The translations under genes were made by a program, and so were the position numbers. From a virus, in IMG/VR virus record IMGVR_UViG_3300045800_000023, positions 1,839 through 65,838 of that record: 64,000 nt of DNA; one strand, written 5' to 3'. The notes under the pieces are model-generated. The model made no database searches. It worked only from the letters and a program-made list of their open reading frames with translations, and was not told where the DNA came from. Positions 17,431 to 26,923 of this stretch are shown here, piece after piece. Positions within the stretch are counted from its first letter, which is position 1. The number at the start of each line of letters is the position of its first letter.

Positions 17431-17580
17431 TGTTGGAGGTAGGGATTGCACCTACACCATTGCTTTTTCTGGGTCAGTTTCAGATTACATTCTTGCAGCC
17501 GAAGCTGGGCGGTTGTCTTTACCTCTGACACTACTAGAGCAAGAGTAGCCCTTAAGCCGCTAGCAGCACTTCGGGTCTCC
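17431..17580 (-). ncRNA. ~150-nt tRNA-like RNA with partial acceptor stem and large insertion
   Basis: 5' GGAG pairs with 3' CTCC; CCG/CGG D-like stem; CTACT/AGTAG stem; T-arm GTAGG-TGCAATC-CCTAC. Confidence 0.4.
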
Positions 17581-17585
17581 GTTCG

Positions 17586-17666
17586 TTGGGAAGGTAGGAT
17601 TCGAACCTACGAAGCCGAAGCAACAGATTTACAGTCTGCCCCAGTTGTCCACTTTGGTACTTCCCA
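17586..17666 (-). tRNA. trnY: tRNA-Tyr(GUA)
   Basis: Cloverleaf, GCAGA-CTGTAAA-TCTGT, class II variable arm, TTCGAAT T-loop. Confidence 0.92.
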
Positions 17667-17674
17667 GTGACTTG

Positions 17675-17756
17675 CTCTGAGAGTAGGACTCGAACCTACA
17701 ATGTCTTTCGACGCACGGTTAACAGCCGTGTGGGTTGCCATTCCCCTCATCTCAGA
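17675..17756 (-). tRNA. trnN: tRNA-Asn(GUU) with an extended variable arm
   Basis: CACGG-CTGTTAA-CCGTG, G73, TTCGAGT T-loop, 14-nt variable arm. Confidence 0.88.
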
Positions 17757-17765
17757 ATATAGTTG

Positions 17766-17864
17766 GGCGCTAGGTAGGACTTGAACCTACAACGGTCGTA
17801 TTCGGACGAATTTTGACCATCCAGATTTTTCACTCTGGAGTGTTTACCCTTTCACCACTAGCGT
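17766..17864 (-). tRNA. Atypical tRNA-like gene, 8-nt anticodon loop GUGAAAAA (Phe-like), ~30-nt variable arm
   Basis: Acceptor, D and T arms present; CCAGA/TCTGG stem. Confidence 0.6.
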
Positions 17865-17874
17865 CATAATTTAG

Positions 17875-17976
17875 TGTTGGAAGAAGGATTCAAACCTTCA
17901 AGTCCGACCTTTTTAGGGGCTCTTTTCTGGACTCGGGGCTAAATGCCCCTAGCGTTTATCGTTTCGCCATTCCAAC
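17875..17976 (-). tRNA. Atypical tRNA-like gene (nominal UUU, A at position 33), 34-nt variable arm
   Basis: GTTGGAA/TTCCAAC acceptor, GCG/CGC D-stem, T-loop TTTGAAT. Confidence 0.55.
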
Positions 17977-17982
17977 ATGTTG

Positions 17983-18083
17983 TCCAAGGGGCAAGATTTA
18001 CACTTGCAAATTGTGGGCTATTGGTCCGGACCTATTCACCCACTCCGGTATCCCCGGCGCGTCTATAATTCCGCCACCCTCGG
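17983..18083 (-). tRNA. Atypical tRNA-like gene with shortened anticodon arm (CCGG-GGATA-CCGG), ~37-nt variable arm
   Basis: CCGAGGG/CCCTTGG acceptor, Leu-type D-arm, T-loop TGTAAAT. Confidence 0.5.
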
Positions 18084-18084
18084 T

Positions 18085-18157
18085 TGGTGCCGGGACCAGG
18101 ATTCGATACCTGGAACCACCTCATTTCATAGAGGCTGCTGACTTCGCATATCCCGGC
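18085..18157 (-). tRNA. Atypical tRNA-like gene with 8-nt anticodon loop (UAUGAAAU), 8-nt T-loop and encoded CCA
   Basis: GCCGGGA/TCCCGGC-A-CCA; GCCTC/GAGGT; CCAGG/CCTGG. Confidence 0.55.
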
Positions 18158-18166
18158 TATTTAGTT

Positions 18167-18376
18167 TTATTCAGTAACTTCTGGCGGAACAACTACTGTG
18201 ACCGGTGCCACCACGAATGCCGCCTTCTTTAGCTCTCCAAGGCGCTTCAGTGACATTCGCATACGATACTTTGAGAACAAAGCCTCGTTTACATCCTTTG
18301 CCGTTGCCCCTGTCTTAAAGGCAGCTGTTGCTTCTGCTTCTCGTTCTACTACAAGGGTCTTCTTAAGTCTTGCCAT
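18167..18376 (-). CDS. Small early hypothetical protein
   Basis: AAAGGA RBS; TTGACA-16-TATAAT promoter at 18425-18398. Confidence 0.7.
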   Translation of the reverse strand: MARLKKTLVVEREAEATAAFKTGATAKDVNEALFSKYRMRMSLKRLGELKKAAFVVAPVTVVVPPEVTE

Positions 18377-18397
18377 CTGTTTCCTTTCGATTTTGTA

Positions 18398-18425
18398 ATT
18401 ATACTATAGTTCTTCTAATTGTCAA
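18398..18425 (-). promoter_or_regulatory. Consensus sigma70-like promoter driving the small gene and tRNA array
   Basis: TTGACA-16-TATAAT. Confidence 0.75.
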
Positions 18426-18620
18426 AGGTTAATTTGAGCTGAGTGGTGAGATTCCTTTTCATCGACTAACACGTTGCTTCCAAGCATAGCGTCAAGTCGG
18501 GCCTTCTGTAGGTCACTTAGGGCTCGTTAAGCTTTGGAAACTGCCGCAGCTTGTCATTCTTCTTCAGGCCGGTGTTTACGCTCGTTTTTCCCATCAATGT
18601 TTGTTCCTTTCGATTTTGTA

Positions 18621-18658
18621 ATTGTATCAGGTTTCTAAAAGCAGTCAACAACAATCTT
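18621..18658. promoter_or_regulatory. Back-to-back early (-) and late (+) promoter cassette
   Basis: - strand TTGACT-16-TACAAT with extended TGn; + strand CAATCTT 7 nt before ATG 18666. Confidence 0.7.
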
Positions 18659-18665
18659 CAAGGGG

Positions 18666-21600
18666 ATGGCAATACCAGTCCCCAGTTCATACCAACAAAT
18701 TCTTGGCTCCCAACTAGGGGTTGTGAGGGCCAGGTTAGGCCTGCGCAAATTTAAGCCCGGTGGCCAGCTGCTGACTATTTTCGAAGCCGCTGCCCAAAGT
18801 GACGCCAGGATTTCTGCTGATATTTTCAAGACTTTGCTGTCTCAGGACCTAGATAGCTCTGAGGGTTTGGCGCTGGATAGGATTGGTAATGATGAAAAGG
18901 TACCCCGACGCAGCAAGAAATCGGCCAGGGGCGAGGTAACGATTTCTGACACTGCGTTTCTTAAAATTGCATCTACTGTTTATCATGGCAAGGCTGCTCC
19001 TATCGTGGGGTCGGTGTCGGTATATGTAAGTAAAGGTAGTTCGTTCGATTTGGCTCCTTCCACAGGTCAAGTTTACCTGGGCCGAGGAACCCCAAACTAC
19101 GAAGGACCTCTTACCTATTCTTCTAAAACAGATCTTGGATCTTACTGGGGTTTAGCTACCCAGTCAACTACTAAATTTCATAATCAAGGCGAGTCGGTAA
19201 TCTTAGCTCAAGGTGGCAATCGGCCTATTCAAGTAGGACAAATTGTGTCAACTGCCCAAGGGGCTGCCACCGCACCCGTCACCTTTTCTGTAACTGAAGC
19301 TTCCGCAATTCCAGATGGTGAAACAGAAGTCACCCTAGTCCAAATTGTCTGTTCTGTAGACGGAATCGCGGGAAATCTTCCTCCCAATAGTATCGTCTCT
19401 TTTGGAAACGCCAACCCCTTCGATACGGCTCAAATAACCAACCCCACAAAAATCAGTTTTGGTAGAGACGTAGAGCAAGACAACGATTACCGAGACCGTA
19501 TTCGTCAAGCTAGGGCTAACAAACAAAGAGGAATAGCCTCAGCTATCAAGAATTCCGTTATTGACGTTACAGCTTCGGACGAAGCATCTTCAATTCTCTC
19601 GGCCAATGTCGTCTCCCGCAAGGGAAAACCAACCGTCCTGTATATTGATGATGGTAATGGGTATGAAGAAAAGTCTGACGGTGTAGGATATGAGCCTATC
19701 GTAGACGTCGCAACTGGTGGCGAAACCGATTTCCTGACCATCTCGTCACCTATCTCACAGGCCTTTGTCGAAGCCTCTAATCAAGCGCCTTGGGCAATGC
19801 CAGACGGGACAAGGCTTACCATAAAAGTTGGTGGAGTAGCCTCCACACATTATTTCGATAGTTCTTCTTTTACTTCGCCTTTGTCGGCTTCTTCATTTGA
19901 CGTTGTTTCGTCTATCAATTCCAACAACAATCTGTTGTTTCAGGCCAGACTATCCCAAAACACAGGCTCAGTAGCTTTCTATTCAAAATCAGAAAACAAC
20001 GATGACCTAGAGGTTGTCTTTGGGACAAATGCTGAATCTGATGCTGCTATTATCTTGGGGCTAAGTAACACACCTACATATACCACATCTCTCTACAAGA
20101 ACGACGTGTTGCTGTCTAAAGACGGCGAGTTGGCCCAGGTTGCCTCAAACTCTTTTTCAACCTGGAATTCTTTGGCTGTTTCTGAGACTCTGGAAATCAA
20201 CACGGACTTTACCGGATCGATTGTCGTAACGATTACTGACACAGATTTTCAGGCCCTGGGATTTCCCCTTCTAGGCAACGCAACTCCTCAGGTCTGGGCC
20301 CAGGCGCTATCTCTTAAAGTCCCCGGCATCACAGCAACTGGGGTAAACGACAAAGTCGTCCTCACTTCAAACAAGGGCAAATCTTCTTTGGCCTCGGTTG
20401 CTATCACCGGAGGTTCTTTGGTTTCAAAAGGAGTCTTTCTCGTTTCTAGTAGCCAAGGAGTCAACAATGATTATTCCCTAGATCGTTCTGTAGGGGCCAT
20501 TGCTATCAATACTCCTTTAGTGGAAAAGGATCGCCTAACATTGGGTACTCAGTGGGCAGAAGCCTTCATTGAGACTGATTTTGGAAGTTCTACGTCTTAT
20601 CTATCTACTGATGCTGCATATTATTTAACAGTCGACGATCCTGATTCGGTTGTTATCCCAACCAGCAGATTCCTTAACGGCTCCTACACAGCCCAACTCA
20701 AAAAGTGTTCCCCACTGTTTAACTCTTTCGATATTTGTGATGGAACGGCCCCTGGGCCAATACTACCTGTAATTCCTGTAACGGGCCTCAAAGAAGGCGA
20801 CTGGGTTATGTTCAACGACCCGGCTTTTAACTCTGTTCCTTCGTGGAAAGGGACATATAGAAACACTGGAGACGGATCTGTCAGGGTTATTAAAGATGCC
20901 GACACAGCAACTCGTATTGGCCACACTTCTACAGCTTTGAGTGGAGTGGCAGACTTGTTTGTTTTGGTTTGTGGGGGTTTGACTTCTATCCAAAACGGTA
21001 TTGGTCTTCCCGGCGCCATCAAGGGTCGTGGGGTAACAGGTAATAGCTGCCTTTATGACGCCGGTACTGGAAACTGGATCCAGCTACCTAACTTAATTAC
21101 CCCAAGAGCTTACCACACGGCTACTTTGCTGGCAAGCGGGCAAGTTTTCATTACTGGTGGATTTGACGCATCCGGCAATCCGCTGGCATCTACCGAAATT
21201 TTCGACCCCACCACCAGAACCTTTACTGCCGGACTACACTTACCGACAAGCGAAAGCGACTCCACCCCTCTCCCTAGAGCCCACCACACAGCGACTCTAA
21301 TGACCAATAATATGGTTTTGATCGCTGGGGGCTGCTCTGTCACTACCATGGGGGCAGCGGCTTTAAACAGCACCATTCGCTACGAACCAGTCGCCAATGT
21401 TTACAGCCATTCAGACACCATGACCGTGGCCCGATATGGTCATCAAGCTGTAGTAGACCTTACGACAGGTTTTGTTATTGCTATCGGTGGCATTTCTACC
21501 ATTGCATCTCCAGCAACCCCAATAACCAGCGTAGAAAGCTACAATGACTCTGCCCATAATTGGACAGTAAGAACAAGTATGGGAGTAGGTAGGGCCTTCT

Positions 21601-24600
21601 TTGGTGCAGCTAGCGTAACCACCAGCGGAAATAGTAAAATTGTTGTCGCTGGCAATACCGTTCATCCATATTTAACTAACGAAACTTTGCCATTTGGAAT
21701 TTCAAGTAACACGTTCCAAAGCTACACTCAAGCTACGGCCACTTGGGGCACTGTAAAAAACATCAATGCCAACTTTTCGACAATTCCAGTACAAATTGCA
21801 CAAACAGACCTGGTGAAAAACGGCCATTCCGGCACCGTGTTCCTCGGCGGAATTATGCAAACATTGGCAACCTATAATGTCACAACTGACGCCTGGGACT
21901 CCTACAGCGCCGACCCTGGAATTAGCGAATACATTGCTAGCAGAGAAGGGCTAACAGGAGCAGCCCCTATTAGTGGAGGTCCTAAGGGAAATAACTGTCT
22001 TTGGTTTGGTGGAGCTATCCCCAACGGAATCAGTACTCGAAGCTTTCAGGGTATCGCCAATGTCGACTTCCTTGATACTGTATCTAATCTAAGGAACAGA
22101 CTTCAATTTGGATTTTCAGCCTTGTCTTTGACGGAAGGTAGGGTTATCGCCACAAGGAGTAAGACCCCTCCCGAAACAATTGTAGTCCCTGCCAATGGTG
22201 GAACAAATTACACAGCCCAGTCGTTTGCTCCAGCCCTTAACCTAGTGGCAAGTGATGAAGTGGCCAAGGTTCTTCAAACTACAAAAGTCCGTCTTTCGAC
22301 TCTTACGTCTCCTGACGGGTCAATTTCTATAATTGACAAAGACCACTCGTTACCGATCTTCTCCCCACAAAGAACCGTGGTTAGTCAAAGGTCTCAGTTT
22401 GCTACAGCTGTATCAAACAGCGAAATCGATGTTCCGTCTGGTTTTCAACTCCGCACAGTGTCATCGAAGCAAACCAACTTAACGGGATTGCCTCAGTCTA
22501 TCATTCTACCAGACTACAGCGAATTTTTAGGGACACAACACGCCCCAGAATCCTTAACCCCTAATGGCCACGTTGTTGGTCTAAAAAATATTCCCTATGG
22601 AGGGGCCCCTGCCGACTCGGAGACTCAGGGAACGGGCTTTGGTGACGCAAAGGGGATAAAAGCTGCCATAGGTACTTTTAGTAGCCCTGGAATTATAACT
22701 GAAGCCAGTACTTCTACTCGGGCCTCTCTTGGATCTTACATTGGGCTGAGGACTTCTATTCCTGTTACTGTCGGGAATCCTGTATATGTAGCGGAGCCTT
22801 TCAAATTTACTTCCGCTGACTCTATCAACATTACAATTGACGGAGATGTCTCTACCAAGAGATTTACGATCCCTATGTCCCGAAAGATGGCTACCAACGG
22901 AAGCTATCAGTCCCCCTTGTCATTAAAGGACGCCGACAACTCAAACCACACAATTTCTACGGCATTCGGGATAGGGTATTCGTTTGATGACTTTGCTATT
23001 TTATCTAAAGCGAGGGTTATATCTAACTCTTCTGACGTTAGCAAACGGGCCATTTGGAGGTACTACCGCTACGGTGAAGAAGGAAATAACGCTACCGTAA
23101 GGTATGTTTACCCTACTGGCCCTAGCCAACCTGTATCGGTAATTTGTAGTGCTGTTCAAAATCTATCAGACTCGTCTTACTACAAAGGTATCCAAAAACT
23201 TGGAATTGATATCAATGTCGGTAGCGGTGTCTTGAGAAAGAACAGGCACCTCTCTCTAGATACCAGGCTTGGGATAGCTAAGGTTAGCTCAGGGTCTTCT
23301 CCAAATTTGTGGTCCGTGTACCTGATTGCCGGGTATACCGTTACTTCTGGTGTTAGGGGGACATTGAACGGAGACACCACCTTAACCATATCGGGGCCCC
23401 CTGTCGGAATAGGTATAACCAGCGGAGCTGTGTTGTGGTACGAAGGAACGTCTCCCACTTCGTCTACTTTGCAAAGTGGGCAATTTACAATCAAGACCAT
23501 TTCTCCTGGGGCTCCTGGGGTGTGGACAATTACCATTGATTCATTGTCTCTAAACGACGGGACAGTTTGGGCAGCAGCGACCAACCCAGGAACAATTAGC
23601 GTTGATCCAAATCAAAGAGCAAGATTCGACGATGAGGTTGTTGTTGGCGATTTTGTGTCATTGATAGACCCCACAGGGACATTAACCTCCGACACCGCAA
23701 AAATTTCTTCTATTGAAACGAACCGCCAGTGGGTATTGTGCGCTGCAACAAACTTCAATCCAACTGCGGTTAGCACAGTCTTATACAAAAATCTAGTGAA
23801 GATAACCGATCTCCAGATCTTTGCCCCATCCACAAACACTGTAGCCGCAATTGTCGCTGCTGTAAACGCAAATCCAAATAGCCCAATTCAAGGAACCGTA
23901 ACCGGCACAGGAGCAGGGGTAATCGCCGATGCTGACTGGTATACCTACACCCAAGCGGACTTTAGATATGAATTGACAGACGGCGTCAACTTTGTAAGTA
24001 ATACCAACAAGCCAGCAAACACCGGTCTCCAAACAACATTCGACCTGAAACTACCCGTAAACAGCGCGTTAGCCGCCAACAACGACTTCACTAATGAGAC
24101 ATTTTACATTGTTCCACAGCTGGCGAAATCCGTAGTTCAGTGGTTTAATACCCCAGCCATAACCGGTCTCTGGTCGGTTGCTACGGTTACCACTTGCTCG
24201 GCTGGTAACAAGGTCCAAATTAAATCAAATACTCCTGGAATCTCTGGTTCGGTTCTCGTAGAGGGTGGTACCGCCAATCTAGCAACCGCCGCTGTAGTAG
24301 GTACAGCTAAATCCAGCTTTTTTAACTCTGCTCTTATTAAAGGGATGGTTGTTACTACTACCAAGGCAGAGGCCGATGGCTTCTGTGGAAACTCTTGGGT
24401 GGAACTTGACAACGTAGAGCCAATGACCAAACTAAGCGACACCTCCTTTAACTGGAGCGGAAACTCCATTGCTTACATTGCCCCCAATGGAGCTGTAACG
24501 TTTTCATCATCTCCCTATCTCTTTTCTGATTTAGGAAGCGGATCTCGGGTGTTCTTCACTGTTGAAAAGGTGGGGGAATACACCACGATAAACTTTACTA

Positions 24601-25604
24601 AGACCCTTGGGGCCACCTTCCCCATTGTTACGAATTCTGGAGACTGGATACAAATTACCGACGCTGGAAATGTCAGCCCAACTAATCAAGGGATTTTCAG
24701 GATCTTAAGGTTCTCTCAAACGGAATCGGCTTACTCCTATTGGATTGATAACCCCAACGCAATAGAAGAGCTGGGGTCTCAAAGCAACGTTTATATAATC
24801 TCAAGCAATAGCCCAATCCCCGGAGACATCCTGTCTATCAACAGCGATGCCTTCGGAGAGGCTAACCGGGGGGCGTGGCCGATTCTGTCGATTGACATGA
24901 CCGGCAATACAATTACTCTGGCTATCACCTCCAGATCACCAAACCTTTTCGTTGGCTCTATCCCTACCTTGGTCAAAGACGTTTCTGTTATCGACAAGGA
25001 GCCAAAAAAAGCTATCAAAAAGGTTCTGTGCGTGGCTCCAAATCAATCCAATCCTGGGTACGCAGATATTTTGTTGGACGATTCTTCCTTGCTTGAGAAC
25101 TGGAGTCAAGACGCCGGAACAGTTATTTCTTCCTTGAGCAAACTAGGATTCCCCAACACAATCCAAACGGGAACTGACGCATATAGATACAACACCGGAC
25201 TAATTGCCGAGGCAAAAAGGGTCATCTACGGTGATAGTGCTGACGTCGACAACTATCCTGGATATGTTGCTAATGGGGCCCAGGTGTTAATCCAAGGCCC
25301 AACAATCAAGCAAATCAAAGTAACCCTACAGGTCCGCCTCCAAAGCAATGACCTAAATTCTGCTGATACTGTAGGGGCTATCAAGTCAGCTGTAGGAGGG
25401 GTAATCAACGGCTCTGCTGTAGGTGTTCCTATTGCTATTTCGGACATTATAACAGCCGCTCAAGGCATTAGCGGAGTCATGGCGGTTAGCGTTATTTCCC
25501 CAGCTTACGACTCTGTGCGTGATCAGATCCCAGTAAGGGGACAAGAGAAAGCCATGGTGGTTAATTTCGATACAGACATTCAGGTCCTTGTGGCAGGCAT
25601 CTAA
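18666..25604 (+). CDS. Giant baseplate wedge protein (baseplate J/gp6-like termini) with a Kelch-repeat insert
   Basis: N-terminal GxxLDxxG...ARGEVTI...E.DxxYRxRI and C-terminal ISDII...GVMAV motifs; Kelch PRAYHTATLLASGQVFITGG. Confidence 0.75.
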   Translation: MAIPVPSSYQQILGSQLGVVRARLGLRKFKPGGQLLTIFEAAAQSDARISADIFKTLLSQDLDSSEGLALDRIGNDEKVPRRSKKSARGEVTISDTAFLKIASTVYHGKAAPIVGSVSVYVSKGSSFDLAPSTGQVYLGRGTPNYEGPLTYSSKTDLGSYWGLATQSTTKFHNQGESVILAQGGNRPIQVGQIVSTAQGAATAPVTFSVTEASAIPDGETEVTLVQIVCSVDGIAGNLPPNSIVSFGNANPFDTAQITNPTKISFGRDVEQDNDYRDRIRQARANKQRGIASAIKNSVIDVTASDEASSILSANVVSRKGKPTVLYIDDGNGYEEKSDGVGYEPIVDVATGGETDFLTISSPISQAFVEASNQAPWAMPDGTRLTIKVGGVASTHYFDSSSFTSPLSASSFDVVSSINSNNNLLFQARLSQNTGSVAFYSKSENNDDLEVVFGTNAESDAAIILGLSNTPTYTTSLYKNDVLLSKDGELAQVASNSFSTWNSLAVSETLEINTDFTGSIVVTITDTDFQALGFPLLGNATPQVWAQALSLKVPGITATGVNDKVVLTSNKGKSSLASVAITGGSLVSKGVFLVSSSQGVNNDYSLDRSVGAIAINTPLVEKDRLTLGTQWAEAFIETDFGSSTSYLSTDAAYYLTVDDPDSVVIPTSRFLNGSYTAQLKKCSPLFNSFDICDGTAPGPILPVIPVTGLKEGDWVMFNDPAFNSVPSWKGTYRNTGDGSVRVIKDADTATRIGHTSTALSGVADLFVLVCGGLTSIQNGIGLPGAIKGRGVTGNSCLYDAGTGNWIQLPNLITPRAYHTATLLASGQVFITGGFDASGNPLASTEIFDPTTRTFTAGLHLPTSESDSTPLPRAHHTATLMTNNMVLIAGGCSVTTMGAAALNSTIRYEPVANVYSHSDTMTVARYGHQAVVDLTTGFVIAIGGISTIASPATPITSVESYNDSAHNWTVRTSMGVGRAFFGAASVTTSGNSKIVVAGNTVHPYLTNETLPFGISSNTFQSYTQATATWGTVKNINANFSTIPVQIAQTDLVKNGHSGTVFLGGIMQTLATYNVTTDAWDSYSADPGISEYIASREGLTGAAPISGGPKGNNCLWFGGAIPNGISTRSFQGIANVDFLDTVSNLRNRLQFGFSALSLTEGRVIATRSKTPPETIVVPANGGTNYTAQSFAPALNLVASDEVAKVLQTTKVRLSTLTSPDGSISIIDKDHSLPIFSPQRTVVSQRSQFATAVSNSEIDVPSGFQLRTVSSKQTNLTGLPQSIILPDYSEFLGTQHAPESLTPNGHVVGLKNIPYGGAPADSETQGTGFGDAKGIKAAIGTFSSPGIITEASTSTRASLGSYIGLRTSIPVTVGNPVYVAEPFKFTSADSINITIDGDVSTKRFTIPMSRKMATNGSYQSPLSLKDADNSNHTISTAFGIGYSFDDFAILSKARVISNSSDVSKRAIWRYYRYGEEGNNATVRYVYPTGPSQPVSVICSAVQNLSDSSYYKGIQKLGIDINVGSGVLRKNRHLSLDTRLGIAKVSSGSSPNLWSVYLIAGYTVTSGVRGTLNGDTTLTISGPPVGIGITSGAVLWYEGTSPTSSTLQSGQFTIKTISPGAPGVWTITIDSLSLNDGTVWAAATNPGTISVDPNQRARFDDEVVVGDFVSLIDPTGTLTSDTAKISSIETNRQWVLCAATNFNPTAVSTVLYKNLVKITDLQIFAPSTNTVAAIVAAVNANPNSPIQGTVTGTGAGVIADADWYTYTQADFRYELTDGVNFVSNTNKPANTGLQTTFDLKLPVNSALAANNDFTNETFYIVPQLAKSVVQWFNTPAITGLWSVATVTTCSAGNKVQIKSNTPGISGSVLVEGGTANLATAAVVGTAKSSFFNSALIKGMVVTTTKAEADGFCGNSWVELDNVEPMTKLSDTSFNWSGNSIAYIAPNGAVTFSSSPYLFSDLGSGSRVFFTVEKVGEYTTINFTKTLGATFPIVTNSGDWIQITDAGNVSPTNQGIFRILRFSQTESAYSYWIDNPNAIEELGSQSNVYIISSNSPIPGDILSINSDAFGEANRGAWPILSIDMTGNTITLAITSRSPNLFVGSIPTLVKDVSVIDKEPKKAIKKVLCVAPNQSNPGYADILLDDSSLLENWSQDAGTVISSLSKLGFPNTIQTGTDAYRYNTGLIAEAKRVIYGDSADVDNYPGYVANGAQVLIQGPTIKQIKVTLQVRLQSNDLNSADTVGAIKSAVGGVINGSAVGVPIAISDIITAAQGISGVMAVSVISPAYDSVRDQIPVRGQEKAMVVNFDTDIQVLVAGI

Positions 25605-26917
25605 TGTTGTCCATATTGGATGTAGCAAGCAACAACTTAACAGTTACGATTGGAAACCCTTTCGTTGTTGCTTCTCTAGAAATCTTAACTGACCAGAACC
25701 TGCTTGTTTGGTTCACTAGAAATCCCACTAACGCAACCAACATAGCTAACTACACATTGAATGGCCCCAATGCCAGGACAATTGTTCTTGCTCAGCTACA
25801 AACAGAGACTAATGGCATCGGTTCTTTATACAACACTGCGTCACGTGGAGTTAGGCTGTATACAGACCTACCCTTAACGGTCGGGCAGTGGACACTTTCT
25901 ATCAGCGGCCTTGTCTCTCAAGATGCCGATTCCTTGCCTATACCTACAGGGACCAAGCTAGTATTCGATTTGGTGGATAAGTCTAGTCAAGGAGATATTG
26001 GATCTGGTCTGGTGGAGTCACCTGTATCGAAATTTATTCCAAAAATCTTCAGGGAGAAGACGGCCTACAAAGCTATCATTGCCGGAATTGAGGCAGGTGA
26101 TGAAATTGTTCGGGACCAAGCCAGAACATCTTTTGACCAGGGGTTTATCTGCACCTCTAGTGGGAAATACCTGAACACAAAAGCTGGAGATAGAGGAGTC
26201 CCCAAGCCAACTAAATTGGGGATTTCGGACGTTGCGTTCAGAAAGCTGGCGATTGACGTAAGTAACAGTAAGTTGACTAACGATGCCATAATGTCTGTTC
26301 TTGAAGTTATGTATGGAACAGAATCAGTCAGGGCTTTCGTTGAAACGACTCTTGGCGGGTTTTTTGAAGTGTTCGACAAGGGGGATTTGGACATCCTTAT
26401 TGATGGCAAGACCCCCCTAAAATGGACGTGTAACCTTTTTGACTACAAGAACCCACTACACGTAACCCCCATTGAACTTGTTAACTCGCTAAATCAATTC
26501 TTTGACAAGTCCGGTGATGTGGCATTTGCTGAAGTTACCTCCGACAATAAGGTCAGGATCTACAGTAACACCAAGGGGGCCCGATCCACAATCTCCATCC
26601 AAGGAGGAACCCTCCAACCATATTTGCAATTTACAGATCCCGTAGAGTCTGGAATCGTCTTTGAAGGGCTTGGAGCATACACCTGGGATATCACCAATTC
26701 TAGTCCAGGTATCGTTAGGTTAGGGCTTGCCTCAGGGACTTTCCCCTTTCAGTTTAGCAAAATACACATAGGCGATTATATAACTATCATAGGAGAAAAC
26801 TTCCCCGTGGAACTAAGGGGTAGTTGGCCTATTGTTGGGACGAACTTTACCCCCATTCCGTCTGCCCCATATTTCTTGCAATGGATGGAGATTGAATCTT
26901 CATACGTAGTCCCCTAA
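25604..26917 (+). CDS. Baseplate/tail protein (Ig-like N-terminus, baseplate-I-like middle)
   Basis: TSSGKYLNTKAGDRGV...FRKLAI; TAATG coupling. Confidence 0.55.
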   Translation: MLSILDVASNNLTVTIGNPFVVASLEILTDQNLLVWFTRNPTNATNIANYTLNGPNARTIVLAQLQTETNGIGSLYNTASRGVRLYTDLPLTVGQWTLSISGLVSQDADSLPIPTGTKLVFDLVDKSSQGDIGSGLVESPVSKFIPKIFREKTAYKAIIAGIEAGDEIVRDQARTSFDQGFICTSSGKYLNTKAGDRGVPKPTKLGISDVAFRKLAIDVSNSKLTNDAIMSVLEVMYGTESVRAFVETTLGGFFEVFDKGDLDILIDGKTPLKWTCNLFDYKNPLHVTPIELVNSLNQFFDKSGDVAFAEVTSDNKVRIYSNTKGARSTISIQGGTLQPYLQFTDPVESGIVFEGLGAYTWDITNSSPGIVRLGLASGTFPFQFSKIHIGDYITIIGENFPVELRGSWPIVGTNFTPIPSAPYFLQWMEIESSYVVP

Positions 26918-26923
26918 GGAAAC

